Source: Actinomycetes bacterium (GTDB taxonomy: Bacteria > Actinomycetota > Actinomycetes > S36-B12). Taken from it: a stretch of DNA of 64,000 nt. Of the stretch, positions 26,710-36,703 are shown piece after piece. A program made the position numbers and the translations under genes. Positions within the stretch are counted from its first letter, which is position 1, and every line of letters starts with the position of its first letter. The stretch is taken from NCBI GenBank assembly GCA_014190275.1, contig BJGE01000002.1, positions 21,038 to 85,037 on the forward strand, in the 5' to 3' direction. The notes under the pieces are model-generated. The model saw only the letters and a list, made by a program, of their open reading frames with translations, was not told where the DNA came from and made no database searches.

Positions 26710-27882
26710 GTGAACAAAGACTGGCTCGAGAAGGACTTCTACGCGATTCTCGGCGTCAGCAAGGATTCCACGCCGGATGAAATAAAGAAGAAGTATCGCA
26801 AACTTGCACGCGAGCTGCACCCGGATAAGAACCCAGGCGACGCTAAAGCTGAGGAGCGCTTTAAGCAGGTTTCCGAGGCTTATGACGTGTTGTCCGATGA
26901 TGCGAAGCACAAGGAGTACGACGAAGCCCGGTCGTTATTTGCCAACGGTGGCTACCGCGCAGGCAGGTTTGGTGGTGGCCCGGGTGCAGGCCAAGGTGCT
27001 GGGCAATACAACGTGAACATGGAAGATCTATTTGGGGACGGCAATAGTGGTTTCGGCGATTTCCTCGGCGGGATCTTCAACCGCGGCCGGCCGGGCCGCA
27101 CTGCGCAGCCGCGTCGCGGTGGTGATCTGGAGAGCGAACTGACGCTGTCCTTTGATGATGCACTTGATGGGGTAACAGTGCCACTGCGTTTGAGCACTGA
27201 AGCAAGTTGCAAGACCTGCCACGGCACTGGTGCAAAGCTTGGTACTTCCCCCCGGGCCTGTCCGGCCTGCGAGGGTGCTGGCCAAACCGCTCGTAACGCC
27301 GGTGGTTTTGCTTTTGCAGAGCCGTGCACGGTCTGCCGTGGTCGCGGCGTATTCGTCGATGAACCGTGTACGGGATGCCGTGGATCGGGGCGTGGCCTGA
27401 GCACCCGCACGGTGCAAGCGCGAATCCCAGCAGGGGTTAAAGATGGCGCTCGCATTCGACTCAAGGGCAAAGGGGCACCCGGTGAACGTGGTGGCCCCGC
27501 CGGCGATCTTTTCGTCGTGGTCCACGTAACCGGGCACCCGATATTCGTGCGCAAGGGTGACAACATCACCTTGACAGTGCCCGTGACTTTCGTCGAGGCA
27601 ACCCTCGGTGGGCAAATCTCGGTGCCGGTGCCACGTGGTGGTTCGGTCAAATTGCGGATACCGGCGGGCACCACCAACGGCCGCACTTTCCGGGTTCGCG
27701 ATAAAGGGATCTTGCGCAAGGACGGCACCCACGGGGATGTGCTCGCCATGGTGGACATCGCAGTGCCACAGAAACTAAATGACGAAGCTGAGAAGGCACT
27801 TCGTGCCTATGCCGATCACACCGCAGATCACGATCCGCGAAAGGACCTCTATTCGATGACCGGGGCCGAGGGTGAGTTATGA
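26710..27882 (+). CDS. dnaJ: molecular chaperone DnaJ
   Basis: It has a J domain (DFYAILGV...HPDKNP), a G/F-rich region and four CxxCxGxG zinc motifs. Confidence 0.93.
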   Translation: MNKDWLEKDFYAILGVSKDSTPDEIKKKYRKLARELHPDKNPGDAKAEERFKQVSEAYDVLSDDAKHKEYDEARSLFANGGYRAGRFGGGPGAGQGAGQYNVNMEDLFGDGNSGFGDFLGGIFNRGRPGRTAQPRRGGDLESELTLSFDDALDGVTVPLRLSTEASCKTCHGTGAKLGTSPRACPACEGAGQTARNAGGFAFAEPCTVCRGRGVFVDEPCTGCRGSGRGLSTRTVQARIPAGVKDGARIRLKGKGAPGERGGPAGDLFVVVHVTGHPIFVRKGDNITLTVPVTFVEATLGGQISVPVPRGGSVKLRIPAGTTNGRTFRVRDKGILRKDGTHGDVLAMVDIAVPQKLNDEAEKALRAYADHTADHDPRKDLYSMTGAEGEL

Positions 27883-28229
27883 ACGAACCCAATCGCGGCT
27901 ACCACGCATCCGCCGACTCTCCCGTGTACATCATTTCTGTAGCAGCCCAACTAACCGGGCTGCATCCGCAGACCCTGCGGCAATATGACCGAATGGGTTT
28001 AGTCTCGCCAACGCGACTGGGCGGGCGTAATCGGTTGTACTCGGCCAATGACATCACGCGGCTGCGTGCGATAACCGATCTATCGGCCGAGGGTCTGACC
28101 TTGGAAGGGATCCGTCGAGTCCTGGAACTTCAGTTAGAAGTGGATCGATTGCGTGGCAGATTACAGGAGTTTCACCGAGAAAAATCAGCAACAGCTTTAG
28201 TAGTTTGGCGACCGGCGAGGAAGCAATAA
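27879..28229 (+). CDS. hspR: heat-shock transcriptional repressor HspR (MerR family)
   Basis: It has a MerR HTH ([26 protein letters not shown]). It is the fourth gene after dnaK-grpE-dnaJ and has an ATGA overlap with dnaJ. Confidence 0.85.
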   Translation: MNEPNRGYHASADSPVYIISVAAQLTGLHPQTLRQYDRMGLVSPTRLGGRNRLYSANDITRLRAITDLSAEGLTLEGIRRVLELQLEVDRLRGRLQEFHREKSATALVVWRPARKQ

Positions 28230-28231
28230 CC

Positions 28232-30814
28232 ATGGATTTCCAGTTCACCACCAAGTCTGCGGATGCACTCAGCGCTGCCGTCCGCATTGCTGCGGCAAAT
28301 GGGAATGCACACGTTGAACCTATTCATCTACTTGATTCCCTATTGCAGCAAGGCGAGGGCATTGCGAGTGCACTCCTTGAGAGAGTCGGGGCCAACCAGA
28401 GCACTTTGACCCAAGAGGTCAGGTCCGCTATTGAGGCGCTGCCGTCAGCAAGTGGCTCGTCGGTCTCATCGCCGCAGTTGAGCAATGCGGGCTTCAAGGT
28501 GCTAAGCGAGGCTCAGGAGTTAGCCAAAGAGCGCGGCGATGATTATGTAAGCACCGAACACCTGCTGATCGGGCTTGCCAAAGACGGTGGCCCCGGGGTT
28601 AGTGATCGGTTGGTCGCGGCGGGGGCTAAGCCGGTAGCGCTAATGGATGCACTTAAACAAGTTAGGGGGGCGGCCCGCGTGACTACCCAGGATCCGGAGC
28701 AAACATTCCAAGCACTGGAAAAGTACGGGGTTGATCTAACGGCGCGAGCGCGCGAGGGCAAGATTGATCCGGTAATTGGCCGAGATGAAGAAGTCCGGCG
28801 CACCATCCAGGTGTTATCGCGTCGGACCAAGAACAACCCGGTGTTGATTGGTGAACCGGGTGTCGGCAAGACGGCGGTGGTTGAAGGTCTGGCCCGACGG
28901 ATTGTCGAGGGGGACGTTCCAACTTCACTCGCGGGCAAGACTTTATTCGCGCTTGACCTCGCCGCGATGATTGCGGGGGCGAAATATCGTGGTGAGTTTG
29001 AGGAGCGACTGAAGGCCGTACTTGATGAGATCAAGGGCAGTGATGGCCAGATCATCACCTTCATCGATGAACTCCATACCGTGGTCGGAGCTGGCGCCGG
29101 CGGTGAAGGTGCGATGGACGCCGGCAATATGTTGAAGCCGATGCTGGCTCGTGGTGAGTTGCGAATGATCGGTGCTACGACCTTAGATGAATACCGCAAG
29201 TACATCGAGAAAGATGCAGCACTTGAGCGCAGATTCCAGCAGGTATATGTAAGTCAACCATCGGTGGAAGACACGATTGCAATCTTGCGGGGCATCAAGG
29301 AGAAGTACGAGGCCCACCACAAGGTAGTTATCTCCGATAGTGCATTGGTGGCCGCTGCGACCCTTTCGGATCGCTACATAACCTCGCGCTTCTTGCCCGA
29401 TAAGGCAATCGATTTGATGGATGAGTCGGCATCAAGGCTTCGAATGGAGATTGACTCCTCGCCGGTGGAGATCGACGTGCTGCAGCGTCAGGTAGATCGA
29501 CTGCGCATGGAGGAGTTGGCGGTTGCCAAGGAGACCGACGATCCCTCCAAGGATCGACTCCAAAAGATCCGGACGGAGATCGCAGACAAGGAAGAGGAAT
29601 TGCGCGCATTGCGCGTACGTTGGGATGCGGAGAAGCAGGGCCTAGACCGTATCGGTGAGATCAAGGTTTTGATCGATGATCTGCGCGCGGTAGCCGAGAA
29701 GTCACAGCGTGAGGGCAACTTTGAGCAGGCCTCACGGATTCTCTATGCCGAGATCCCCACTTTTGAGGAGGAGTTGGCGCGGGTCACGGCTGAAACAAAT
29801 GCTCGCGACTCCGCAATGGTCAAGGAGGAGGTCACCGCCGATGACATCGCCGAAGTGGTATCAGCCTGGACGGGTATCCCTGCGGGTCGACTCCTGGAAG
29901 GTGAAACCCAAAAGCTACTTCAGATGGAAGAGCAGTTGGGCAGGCGTGTGGTTGGGCAAGGTGAGGCGGTAAGGGAGGTCGCGGACGCGGTCCGGCGGGC
30001 CCGGGCAGGGATCGCAGACCCGAACCGACCCACCGGATCTTTTTTATTTCTCGGTCCAACCGGTGTTGGTAAGACCGAGCTTGCGAAAGCCGTCGCAGAG
30101 TTTTTATTCGATGATGAGCGCGCGATGGTGCGAATTGATATGAGCGAGTACTCCGAGAAGCATTCGGTGGCGCGACTCGTGGGCGCTCCGCCCGGCTATG
30201 TCGGTTATGAGGAGGGGGGCCAGCTAACGGAGGCGGTTAGGCGCCGTCCCTACTCGGTGATCCTTTTGGATGAGGTTGAAAAAGCCCACCCGGAAGTATT
30301 CGATATCTTGCTGCAGGTACTCGATGATGGCCGATTGACCGATGGCCAAGGTCGAACCGTCGACTTCCGCAATGTGATAATGATCTTGACCTCGAATATG
30401 GGTTCGCAATTCCTAGTTGATACCGAGTTGCCATTTGCCGAGCGCAAGGCACTGGTCTTGGGTGCGGTACAGCAGAAGTTCCGGCCGGAGTTCCTAAACC
30501 GCCTCGATGCGATGGTGATGTTCGAGCCACTTGATCGCGCTGAACTCCTAAAGGTGACCGATATCCAAATCGAGCAACTGCGCCGGCGCCTAGCGGATCG
30601 CCGGATCACCCTTGAGGTAACCGGTGCAGCCAAGGATTGGTTGGTTGAAGTGGGATTTGACCCGATCTATGGTGCTCGACCGCTGCGCCGGCTGGTGCAA
30701 ACTGCGATAGGTGACAAGTTGGCCAAGGGGATCTTGGCCGGCCAAGTGCGCGATGGCGACAAGGTGGTAATCGGCGCCTCGGATGATGGTGAACTAACTT
30801 TGAAAACTTCCTGA
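28232..30814 (+). CDS. clpB: ATP-dependent chaperone ClpB
   Basis: From the ATG at 28232 (MDFQFTTKS) it has two AAA+ modules (GEPGVGKT and GPTGVGKT) and a coiled-coil middle domain. It starts 2 nt after the hspR stop. Confidence 0.95.
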   Translation: MDFQFTTKSADALSAAVRIAAANGNAHVEPIHLLDSLLQQGEGIASALLERVGANQSTLTQEVRSAIEALPSASGSSVSSPQLSNAGFKVLSEAQELAKERGDDYVSTEHLLIGLAKDGGPGVSDRLVAAGAKPVALMDALKQVRGAARVTTQDPEQTFQALEKYGVDLTARAREGKIDPVIGRDEEVRRTIQVLSRRTKNNPVLIGEPGVGKTAVVEGLARRIVEGDVPTSLAGKTLFALDLAAMIAGAKYRGEFEERLKAVLDEIKGSDGQIITFIDELHTVVGAGAGGEGAMDAGNMLKPMLARGELRMIGATTLDEYRKYIEKDAALERRFQQVYVSQPSVEDTIAILRGIKEKYEAHHKVVISDSALVAAATLSDRYITSRFLPDKAIDLMDESASRLRMEIDSSPVEIDVLQRQVDRLRMEELAVAKETDDPSKDRLQKIRTEIADKEEELRALRVRWDAEKQGLDRIGEIKVLIDDLRAVAEKSQREGNFEQASRILYAEIPTFEEELARVTAETNARDSAMVKEEVTADDIAEVVSAWTGIPAGRLLEGETQKLLQMEEQLGRRVVGQGEAVREVADAVRRARAGIADPNRPTGSFLFLGPTGVGKTELAKAVAEFLFDDERAMVRIDMSEYSEKHSVARLVGAPPGYVGYEEGGQLTEAVRRRPYSVILLDEVEKAHPEVFDILLQVLDDGRLTDGQGRTVDFRNVIMILTSNMGSQFLVDTELPFAERKALVLGAVQQKFRPEFLNRLDAMVMFEPLDRAELLKVTDIQIEQLRRRLADRRITLEVTGAAKDWLVEVGFDPIYGARPLRRLVQTAIGDKLAKGILAGQVRDGDKVVIGASDDGELTLKTS

Positions 30815-30837
30815 GCTCTGCAACCAGCCGGTTGCGC

Positions 30838-32010
30838 CTAGCTAAGACCGGCGCGTAGTCGATCGAGGGCTTCGCGCAGTACTTCGGTGCGCTTGCAGAA
30901 AGCCCAGCGTACATAAGGCCGGCCGACTTCGGGGTCATCACAAAACACTCCGTGCGGGATGGCAACTACCCCAGCCTTATGTGGCAGTTCGCGGCAGAAT
31001 GCCAACCCATCGGTATAGCCAAGTGGGCGCACATCGGTGGTTGCGAAGTACGTGCCCTGGGGCCGGATGACCCCGAACCCGAGCTCCTCGAGCCCCGCGC
31101 ACAGCAGGTCGCGCTTAAGTGCCAGATCGCTTCGGAGCTCGCGGTAGTACTGATCGGGTAGCCCAAGACCGTGGGCCATCGCGTATTGGAAAGGGCCGCC
31201 CGACACGAATGATAAATGCTGCCGCGCGGTGCGTACCGCTGCGATCAAATCGCGTGGGCCAGATGCCCAACCAACTTTCCAGCCGGTGAATGAAAATGAC
31301 TTGCCGCCCGAGCCCACGGTGATGGTGCGCTCGAACATCTGGGGCAGGGTCGAGATTGGAATGTGGGGCGTGTCGTCAAACCACAGGTGCTCGTAGGCTT
31401 CATCGGACAAAACTAAGATGTCATTGTCGATCGCAATGTTTGCGACCGCTTGCAGTTCCTCGCGGGTGAAGATGACCCCGGTCGGGTTGTGGGGTGAATT
31501 GAGAAGGATCATTCGGGTTTTGGGCGTGATGGCGGCGCGGAGCGCGTCGATATCAGGCCGAAGGGCTGGCCCGCTCATCGGTACGCCAACCCGCCGGCCG
31601 TTCGCCATCGAAATAGCGGCCGAGTAGATGTCGAACCAAGGTTCGAACATGACGACTTCGTCACCGGCATCGACTAGGGCGAGCAAAGTTGCAACCAGTG
31701 CCTCGGACGCGCCGGTGGTGACAACGACATCGGTCTTCGGATCAAGTTCGATGCCGTAGAAGCGCGACTGGTGGGCGGCGATGGCCTGGCGCAACTCCGG
31801 TATCCCAATACTTGGTGGGTATTGGTTACCGCGACCGTCGTTTATCGCCGCGATCGCGACCTCTTTTAGTTCAGGGGGGCCATCGGTATCAGGAAAACCT
31901 TGGCCGAGGTTGATCGCGCCGACATCGAGCGCCAATTGCGACATCTCCGCGAAGACCGAGTCAGCGTGGGGGCGGAGCCGAGGCACCAAGGGCGGGGTTC
32001 TGCGCGACAT
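30838..32010 (-). CDS. class I/II pyridoxal-phosphate-dependent aminotransferase
   Basis: The 390-aa translation contains NLGQGFPD, NSPHNPTG and the SGGKSFSFTGWKVGW Lys region. Confidence 0.85.
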   Translation of the reverse strand: MSRRTPPLVPRLRPHADSVFAEMSQLALDVGAINLGQGFPDTDGPPELKEVAIAAINDGRGNQYPPSIGIPELRQAIAAHQSRFYGIELDPKTDVVVTTGASEALVATLLALVDAGDEVVMFEPWFDIYSAAISMANGRRVGVPMSGPALRPDIDALRAAITPKTRMILLNSPHNPTGVIFTREELQAVANIAIDNDILVLSDEAYEHLWFDDTPHIPISTLPQMFERTITVGSGGKSFSFTGWKVGWASGPRDLIAAVRTARQHLSFVSGGPFQYAMAHGLGLPDQYYRELRSDLALKRDLLCAGLEELGFGVIRPQGTYFATTDVRPLGYTDGLAFCRELPHKAGVVAIPHGVFCDDPEVGRPYVRWAFCKRTEVLREALDRLRAGLS

Positions 32011-32019
32011 GCGGGAAGG

Positions 32020-33519
32020 CTAGCGGGTCACCCGGATCAGCTTGGGGGCCGATGCTGCTGAGCCGAGTGCATTGGTCGCGATGATCACGCAGGAGTAGTA
32101 GGTGGGGCGCAACTTCTTCAAAATCGCCCAATCCCCCCGGACCGGCGTGGTCCTAGCCGGGCCGCCGTTAATCGGCGCGCAACTAAGAGTGGTGCTGGTG
32201 ATCGGTGCGTCGTTGGCGAACGAACGTCTCACGACAACGGCGATGGTTCGGTCGTAGCTACTCCACACCTTGCGAATTGCCCCCGGTGTCGGTACCCCGA
32301 GGGGAGTGCCCGTAACGGCGGTCGACATAGGGGAGGTGCCCAGTGAGTTCGATATCGAGGCGGTGACCGAATAACTGGTGTTGTTCATCAACTGGGTGAT
32401 CGTGCAGAACGGATACTGCAGATCTACCCGGGGCTGACCGGTGCAGGTGAATACCTGCCCGGTTGTCGGGTCAGTTGCGTTTGCGGTGTAACTCGAAGGG
32501 ACCGAGCCATCATCGGCAACCTTGAAGTTGACGCGCAAGGCGGTGTTCAGCACCGTGAGATCAATTGTTGGTGCGAGGATTGGTGCCACACTCACCAGCG
32601 CATTAGTTGAGATCAGAAAATCAGCCATTGCTGCGACCCTCGCGTAGACACCGGGCTTGGTGATAGCGCAATCCTCACCCCAACTCACGAGGCCGATTAG
32701 CCGCATAGCGGCGCCTTCGCCGCCTACTAGCGGCCCGCCAGAATCACCCTGGCAACTGTCGATGATCTTTTGGTTAGCGGTCACGCCCGCGGCGCAGAGC
32801 ATGGATTCAACCGCAGCCGCACCGCTGCCGAAGCCGTCAAAGGTGATTCCGCCAATGATGAATTTCGCGCCACCACCACAACTCTCATTCGGGAAGATCC
32901 GCAGCCGTCCGACCTTGAAGATATCTGGGAAATTATCCTTAGTTGCAGAGAGCTTGCCCCAGCCGGCGACCGTCGCGAGGGCACCGGCAGCGGTCAGTGC
33001 TGGTGCATCGGTTGGCCGCATCGGCAAAATTGGGGTGATATCCAGTACCGGCTCGGCGAGCGTGAGAACCGCGATATCGAAGGTAACCTCTTCGGAGTCG
33101 TAACTGGGGTGCACCTGGATTGCCGAAACTCTACCGGTGCGCACACTAGGTGCCTTCAGATTTCTAGTGAACCCGACCAAGACGTCCTCGGGAGGCGTCA
33201 CGGCGCCGGTTTCGTCATCGACCACACAGTGGGCGGCGGTGACAACCGTCGTACTCGTCGTCAAGGCGCCGCCGCAGAACTGGGCTTGAAATGCGCCCTC
33301 GTCTTCGAAGTCATAGGCATCAAGGAGTGCGACCAGGAAGGGCAGATCGCCGGGGGCGGGGTCGTCGCCATTTACGATGCGGGGGGTGCTGGCGCCGAGG
33401 CGGGCAGCGCCGGTGGCAACAGGGGCCGCCACTGCCGATCCGAGAGCTGAGATTGTCAAGGTTGCGGCCACGAAGGTGGCGGTGCCGAGCGCCAGCCTTC
33501 TCGCCAGCCGGTAACCCAT
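32020..33519 (-). CDS. secreted trypsin-like (S1) serine protease with two C-terminal FN3/Ig-like modules
   Basis: It has a signal peptide, the activation site RIVNGDD, and the catalytic blocks TAAHCV and CQGDSGGPL. The ~180-aa tail has two similar modules, each with a Cys pair. Confidence 0.8.
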   Translation of the reverse strand: MGYRLARRLALGTATFVAATLTISALGSAVAAPVATGAARLGASTPRIVNGDDPAPGDLPFLVALLDAYDFEDEGAFQAQFCGGALTTSTTVVTAAHCVVDDETGAVTPPEDVLVGFTRNLKAPSVRTGRVSAIQVHPSYDSEEVTFDIAVLTLAEPVLDITPILPMRPTDAPALTAAGALATVAGWGKLSATKDNFPDIFKVGRLRIFPNESCGGGAKFIIGGITFDGFGSGAAAVESMLCAAGVTANQKIIDSCQGDSGGPLVGGEGAAMRLIGLVSWGEDCAITKPGVYARVAAMADFLISTNALVSVAPILAPTIDLTVLNTALRVNFKVADDGSVPSSYTANATDPTTGQVFTCTGQPRVDLQYPFCTITQLMNNTSYSVTASISNSLGTSPMSTAVTGTPLGVPTPGAIRKVWSSYDRTIAVVVRRSFANDAPITSTTLSCAPINGGPARTTPVRGDWAILKKLRPTYYSCVIIATNALGSAASAPKLIRVTR

Positions 33520-33585
33520 GTGCCTACGGTACGTTGCTATGACAGGTCCTCGATACCGCCCGTCGCTTTTACTAATTGGAGTTAA

Positions 33586-34365
33586 ATGTCAGTAGCACTG
33601 GTGACCGGGCCCACTGCCGGGATTGGGCGAGCCTTTGCGGTGGCGTTGGCCCGGGCCGGTTTCGACCTAGTCCTGGTAGCCCGGGATGAAGCCCGGCTGA
33701 CCGAACTCGCCGATGCGTTGGCGGCGCAGTTTGGGGTGCATTCCCAGGTGCTGACTGCCGACTTGGGTGACGGGACCCAGCTGGCCAAAGTGGAAGCGCG
33801 ACTCCGCCAGTTGGATAACCCGATTTCAATATTGGTCAACAATGCTGGGTTCGGCGTCAAGGCCGCCTTCGGGCAAAGCGACGTCGACGATGAACAGCAA
33901 ATGCTTGACGTTCTAGTCCGCTCGGTAATGCGCACTACCCATGCGGTAGTTCCCAGGATGATGGAGCGCGGGTTCGGCGTCATCATCAATGTGAGCAGCA
34001 TTGCCGGTTGGATAACAGGTGGCACCTACTCGGCAGCAAAGGCTTGGGTCACTGTCTTCTCGGAGAGCTTGGCGCAGGAGCTGGCCGGCAGCGGAGTGCG
34101 GGTGACCGCGGTCTGCCCCGGGTTCGTGCATACCGAGTTTCATGATCGCGCAGGCATGGACATGTCGAATGTACCCGACTGGATGTGGCTAGAAGCCGAG
34201 CAGGTCGTTGAGCAGGCGATGCGTGATGTCTCGCGAAACCGACCGATTAGCGTTGCCGGTGCGCAATACAAAGCGCTGTCGACCGTGGTCCGCTACGCGC
34301 CGCGGCCGGTGGTGCGCTTCGCGTCAGCGATGCGACAGGTATCTGGCCGTTTTGGCAAGCGCTAA
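33586..34365 (+). CDS. SDR family oxidoreductase
   Basis: The translation has [15 protein letters not shown] and YSAAKAW motifs. Confidence 0.85.
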   Translation: MSVALVTGPTAGIGRAFAVALARAGFDLVLVARDEARLTELADALAAQFGVHSQVLTADLGDGTQLAKVEARLRQLDNPISILVNNAGFGVKAAFGQSDVDDEQQMLDVLVRSVMRTTHAVVPRMMERGFGVIINVSSIAGWITGGTYSAAKAWVTVFSESLAQELAGSGVRVTAVCPGFVHTEFHDRAGMDMSNVPDWMWLEAEQVVEQAMRDVSRNRPISVAGAQYKALSTVVRYAPRPVVRFASAMRQVSGRFGKR

Positions 34366-34811
34366 TCGGTTGCGCTGGCAACTAGGGCAGCGGCTAATTC
34401 GTCAATGGTGGTGAAGTTGCACTCCTTCCAGCCCCGAAGTACGGGTAATTTTGAAGTAGCCGCACTATTTTGTTGCGCAACATAGACCGGTGCATCTGGC
34501 CATGTTGGCCCGGTTGGATCAGTTTGTGGGTCAATCAAGTAGTACGCCGCAACCCGGCGGTGTGCGGTGCGCTGGGCCAGAGCAAGGGCCGGCAAATAGT
34601 CGATACTAGAGGCCGGCGCGAGGATGACCATTGGCCCCGGCGGGTCAAGTTCGTGAAGGTGTGCGCAGAGCAGGACGGACATCGGTGCTACTGAAACTGG
34701 TGGTAGGTCGATCGCGAAGATTTTGCCGCCCAACCCTTTAACTGCGGTGCCTAATGCGAGGTGAAATTCAAAATCACCACCGGGCAGGGCGATGATGCTG
34801 CCGGTGCTCAT
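34362..34811 (-). CDS. hypothetical protein (149 aa)
   Basis: This is the only long ORF at this position, and its codon usage is consistent with its neighbours. I recognise no family. Confidence 0.4.
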   Translation of the reverse strand: MSTGSIIALPGGDFEFHLALGTAVKGLGGKIFAIDLPPVSVAPMSVLLCAHLHELDPPGPMVILAPASSIDYLPALALAQRTAHRRVAAYYLIDPQTDPTGPTWPDAPVYVAQQNSAATSKLPVLRGWKECNFTTIDELAAALVASATD

Positions 34812-34853
34812 CCAGGCAGCCCGGTTCGCACTTGGTAAGCATAGGGTTGGGAC

Positions 34854-35399
34854 ATGATCAAGTCAGCAGCGTGGGAGCAGCTCCGCCAGGAGATCATCAG
34901 CAAAGCGGTAGTCCGCGGAAAGGTGATCCTATCCAGTGGGCGCGAAGCCGACTATTACGTAGATCTAAGGCGGGTGACCTTGGACGCGGTAGCGGCACCC
35001 CTAGTTGGGTCGGTCATGCGGGAGTTGACCAGCGATCTGGATTTCACCGCGGTCGGGGGACTGACCCTTGGCGCCGACCCGGTGGCGACCGCGATGATGC
35101 ATGATGCCGCACGGTCAGGGGTCCTGCTGAACGCCTTCGTGGTGCGCAAGGCCGAGAAACAGCACGGGCTGCAAAAGCAGATAGAAGGCCCGGATGTTTC
35201 GGGTGCTCGAGTTCTTGCGGTTGAAGATACGTCTACCACGGGGTCATCGGTGCTTGCCGCGGTCGACGCCCTCGACCGAGTGGGTGCAACCACCGTCGCC
35301 GTTGCCGTCATAGTGGACCGCGGCGCCGGACCGGCGATTATCGAACGTGGATTCGAATACCGAACGGCTTACTCGCTTACGGATCTGGGCTTGGACTAG
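34854..35399 (+). CDS. pyrE: orotate phosphoribosyltransferase
   Basis: It contains the PRPP-binding motif VLAVEDTSTTGSS and a PyrE-like N-terminus. Confidence 0.9.
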   Translation: MIKSAAWEQLRQEIISKAVVRGKVILSSGREADYYVDLRRVTLDAVAAPLVGSVMRELTSDLDFTAVGGLTLGADPVATAMMHDAARSGVLLNAFVVRKAEKQHGLQKQIEGPDVSGARVLAVEDTSTTGSSVLAAVDALDRVGATTVAVAVIVDRGAGPAIIERGFEYRTAYSLTDLGLD

Positions 35400-36049
35400 C
35401 TGCTCGAGCCGGCGGCCCGTTCCCGCCGGTGCTTCACGTACTCCAAGATGATCGGCAAAATGCTGATGAAGATCACGAGAATTAAGATGATCTCAATATT
35501 TTTCTTGACGAATTCAACATTTCCGAGGAAGTAGCCGGCGAGGGTTACGAGCCCGGCCCAGAGCACCGCGCCGATGAAACTAAAAATCAGGTACTTGCGA
35601 AAGTCCATCTTCCCTACCCCGGCGATTGCGGTGATGAAGGTGCGAACTATCGGCACGAAGCGGGCCATGATAATCGCGCGGCCTCCGTACTTCTCGAAGA
35701 AGGCGTGGGTCTTGTCAACGTATTCTTTCTTGAATAACTTGGAGTCGGGGCGATTGAAGAGCGCTGGGCCGGCTTTGAGCCCGATCCAGTAGCCGACGAT
35801 ATTTCCGATGATTGCCGCAAGAATCAAGAGCAGTATTGCGAGGCCAATATTGATGGCGATGAAGCCCTGGGCGATGAGCATGCCGACCACGAACAGCAGC
35901 GAGTCACCGGGTAGGAAGAAGCCGATCAGCAGGCCGCATTCGGCGAAAATTACCGCCAGCGCCACCCAAAAGGCCACCGCCCCGAAGCTTTTGAGCAGGG
36001 CTTCCGGATCTGGGCCGAGGGACTGGACGAGGGATGACAGTGCATGCAT
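35396..36049 (-). CDS. DedA/VTT-family membrane protein
   Basis: FLPGDSLLFVVG and RFVPIVRTF are DedA signatures. The ATG at 36049 was chosen, and the listed ORF extends to 36118. Confidence 0.8.
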   Translation of the reverse strand: MHALSSLVQSLGPDPEALLKSFGAVAFWVALAVIFAECGLLIGFFLPGDSLLFVVGMLIAQGFIAINIGLAILLLILAAIIGNIVGYWIGLKAGPALFNRPDSKLFKKEYVDKTHAFFEKYGGRAIIMARFVPIVRTFITAIAGVGKMDFRKYLIFSFIGAVLWAGLVTLAGYFLGNVEFVKKNIEIILILVIFISILPIILEYVKHRRERAAGSSS

Positions 36050-36703
36050 GTGGTTGAGGCTATCGTCGGAGGCGTGGAAACCCCGGGCACACCCGCCGAA
36101 GTCGGGGTCGGACCACACCCGAAACCGTGGCCAACCGGAGCTAACTTCGACCCGGAACTACTGGCCGAGGGCGATCGCAGAAACGTGGTGGATGGGTATC
36201 GCTACTGGACCTTGGATGCGGTGGTGGCAGATCTTGATCGTAAGCGCAATCCATTTCATGTCGCCATCGAAAACTTCCAGCACGACTTCAATATCGGTTC
36301 GGTCGTTAGAACCGCCAATGCCTTCATGGCCAAGGAAGTCCATATTGTGGGAAGAAAGAGGTGGAACCGGCGTGGTGCGATGGTCACGGATCGCTATCAA
36401 CATGTTCGGTACCACACGGCCCCGGTTGCTTTGGCCGAGTGGGCTAGTGAAAATAACGTAGTGCTCGTCGGTATTGACAATTTGCCCGGTTCGGTGCCAC
36501 TCGAGACATGTGCACTCCCCGCGAATTGTGTTTTGCTATTTGGCCAAGAAGGCGAAGGCTTAACCATGCAGGCGCGCGAAGTTTGCAGCTCGGTGCTCTC
36601 GATAGCCCAATACGGTTCAACGAGGTCTATAAACGCCGGTGCGGCTGCCGCTATTGCAATGCATGCCTGGATACGCCAACATCGTTTTGGGCAATTGCCA
36701 TGA
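36044..36703 (+). CDS. TrmH/SpoU-family RNA 2'-O-methyltransferase
   Basis: It contains NIGSVVRTANAF and SLNAGAAAAIAM-type SpoU motifs (STRSINAGAAAAIAMHAW). The start is uncertain (ATG 36044, GTG 36050 or GTG 36074). Confidence 0.75.
   Translation: MHVVEAIVGGVETPGTPAEVGVGPHPKPWPTGANFDPELLAEGDRRNVVDGYRYWTLDAVVADLDRKRNPFHVAIENFQHDFNIGSVVRTANAFMAKEVHIVGRKRWNRRGAMVTDRYQHVRYHTAPVALAEWASENNVVLVGIDNLPGSVPLETCALPANCVLLFGQEGEGLTMQAREVCSSVLSIAQYGSTRSINAGAAAAIAMHAWIRQHRFGQLP

Noticed and set aside
26952-27758. ORFs of 268 and 234 aa lie antisense to dnaJ.
   Set aside because: The reasoning is the same. These are shadow frames opposite a clearly identified gene, with a compositionally biased translation.
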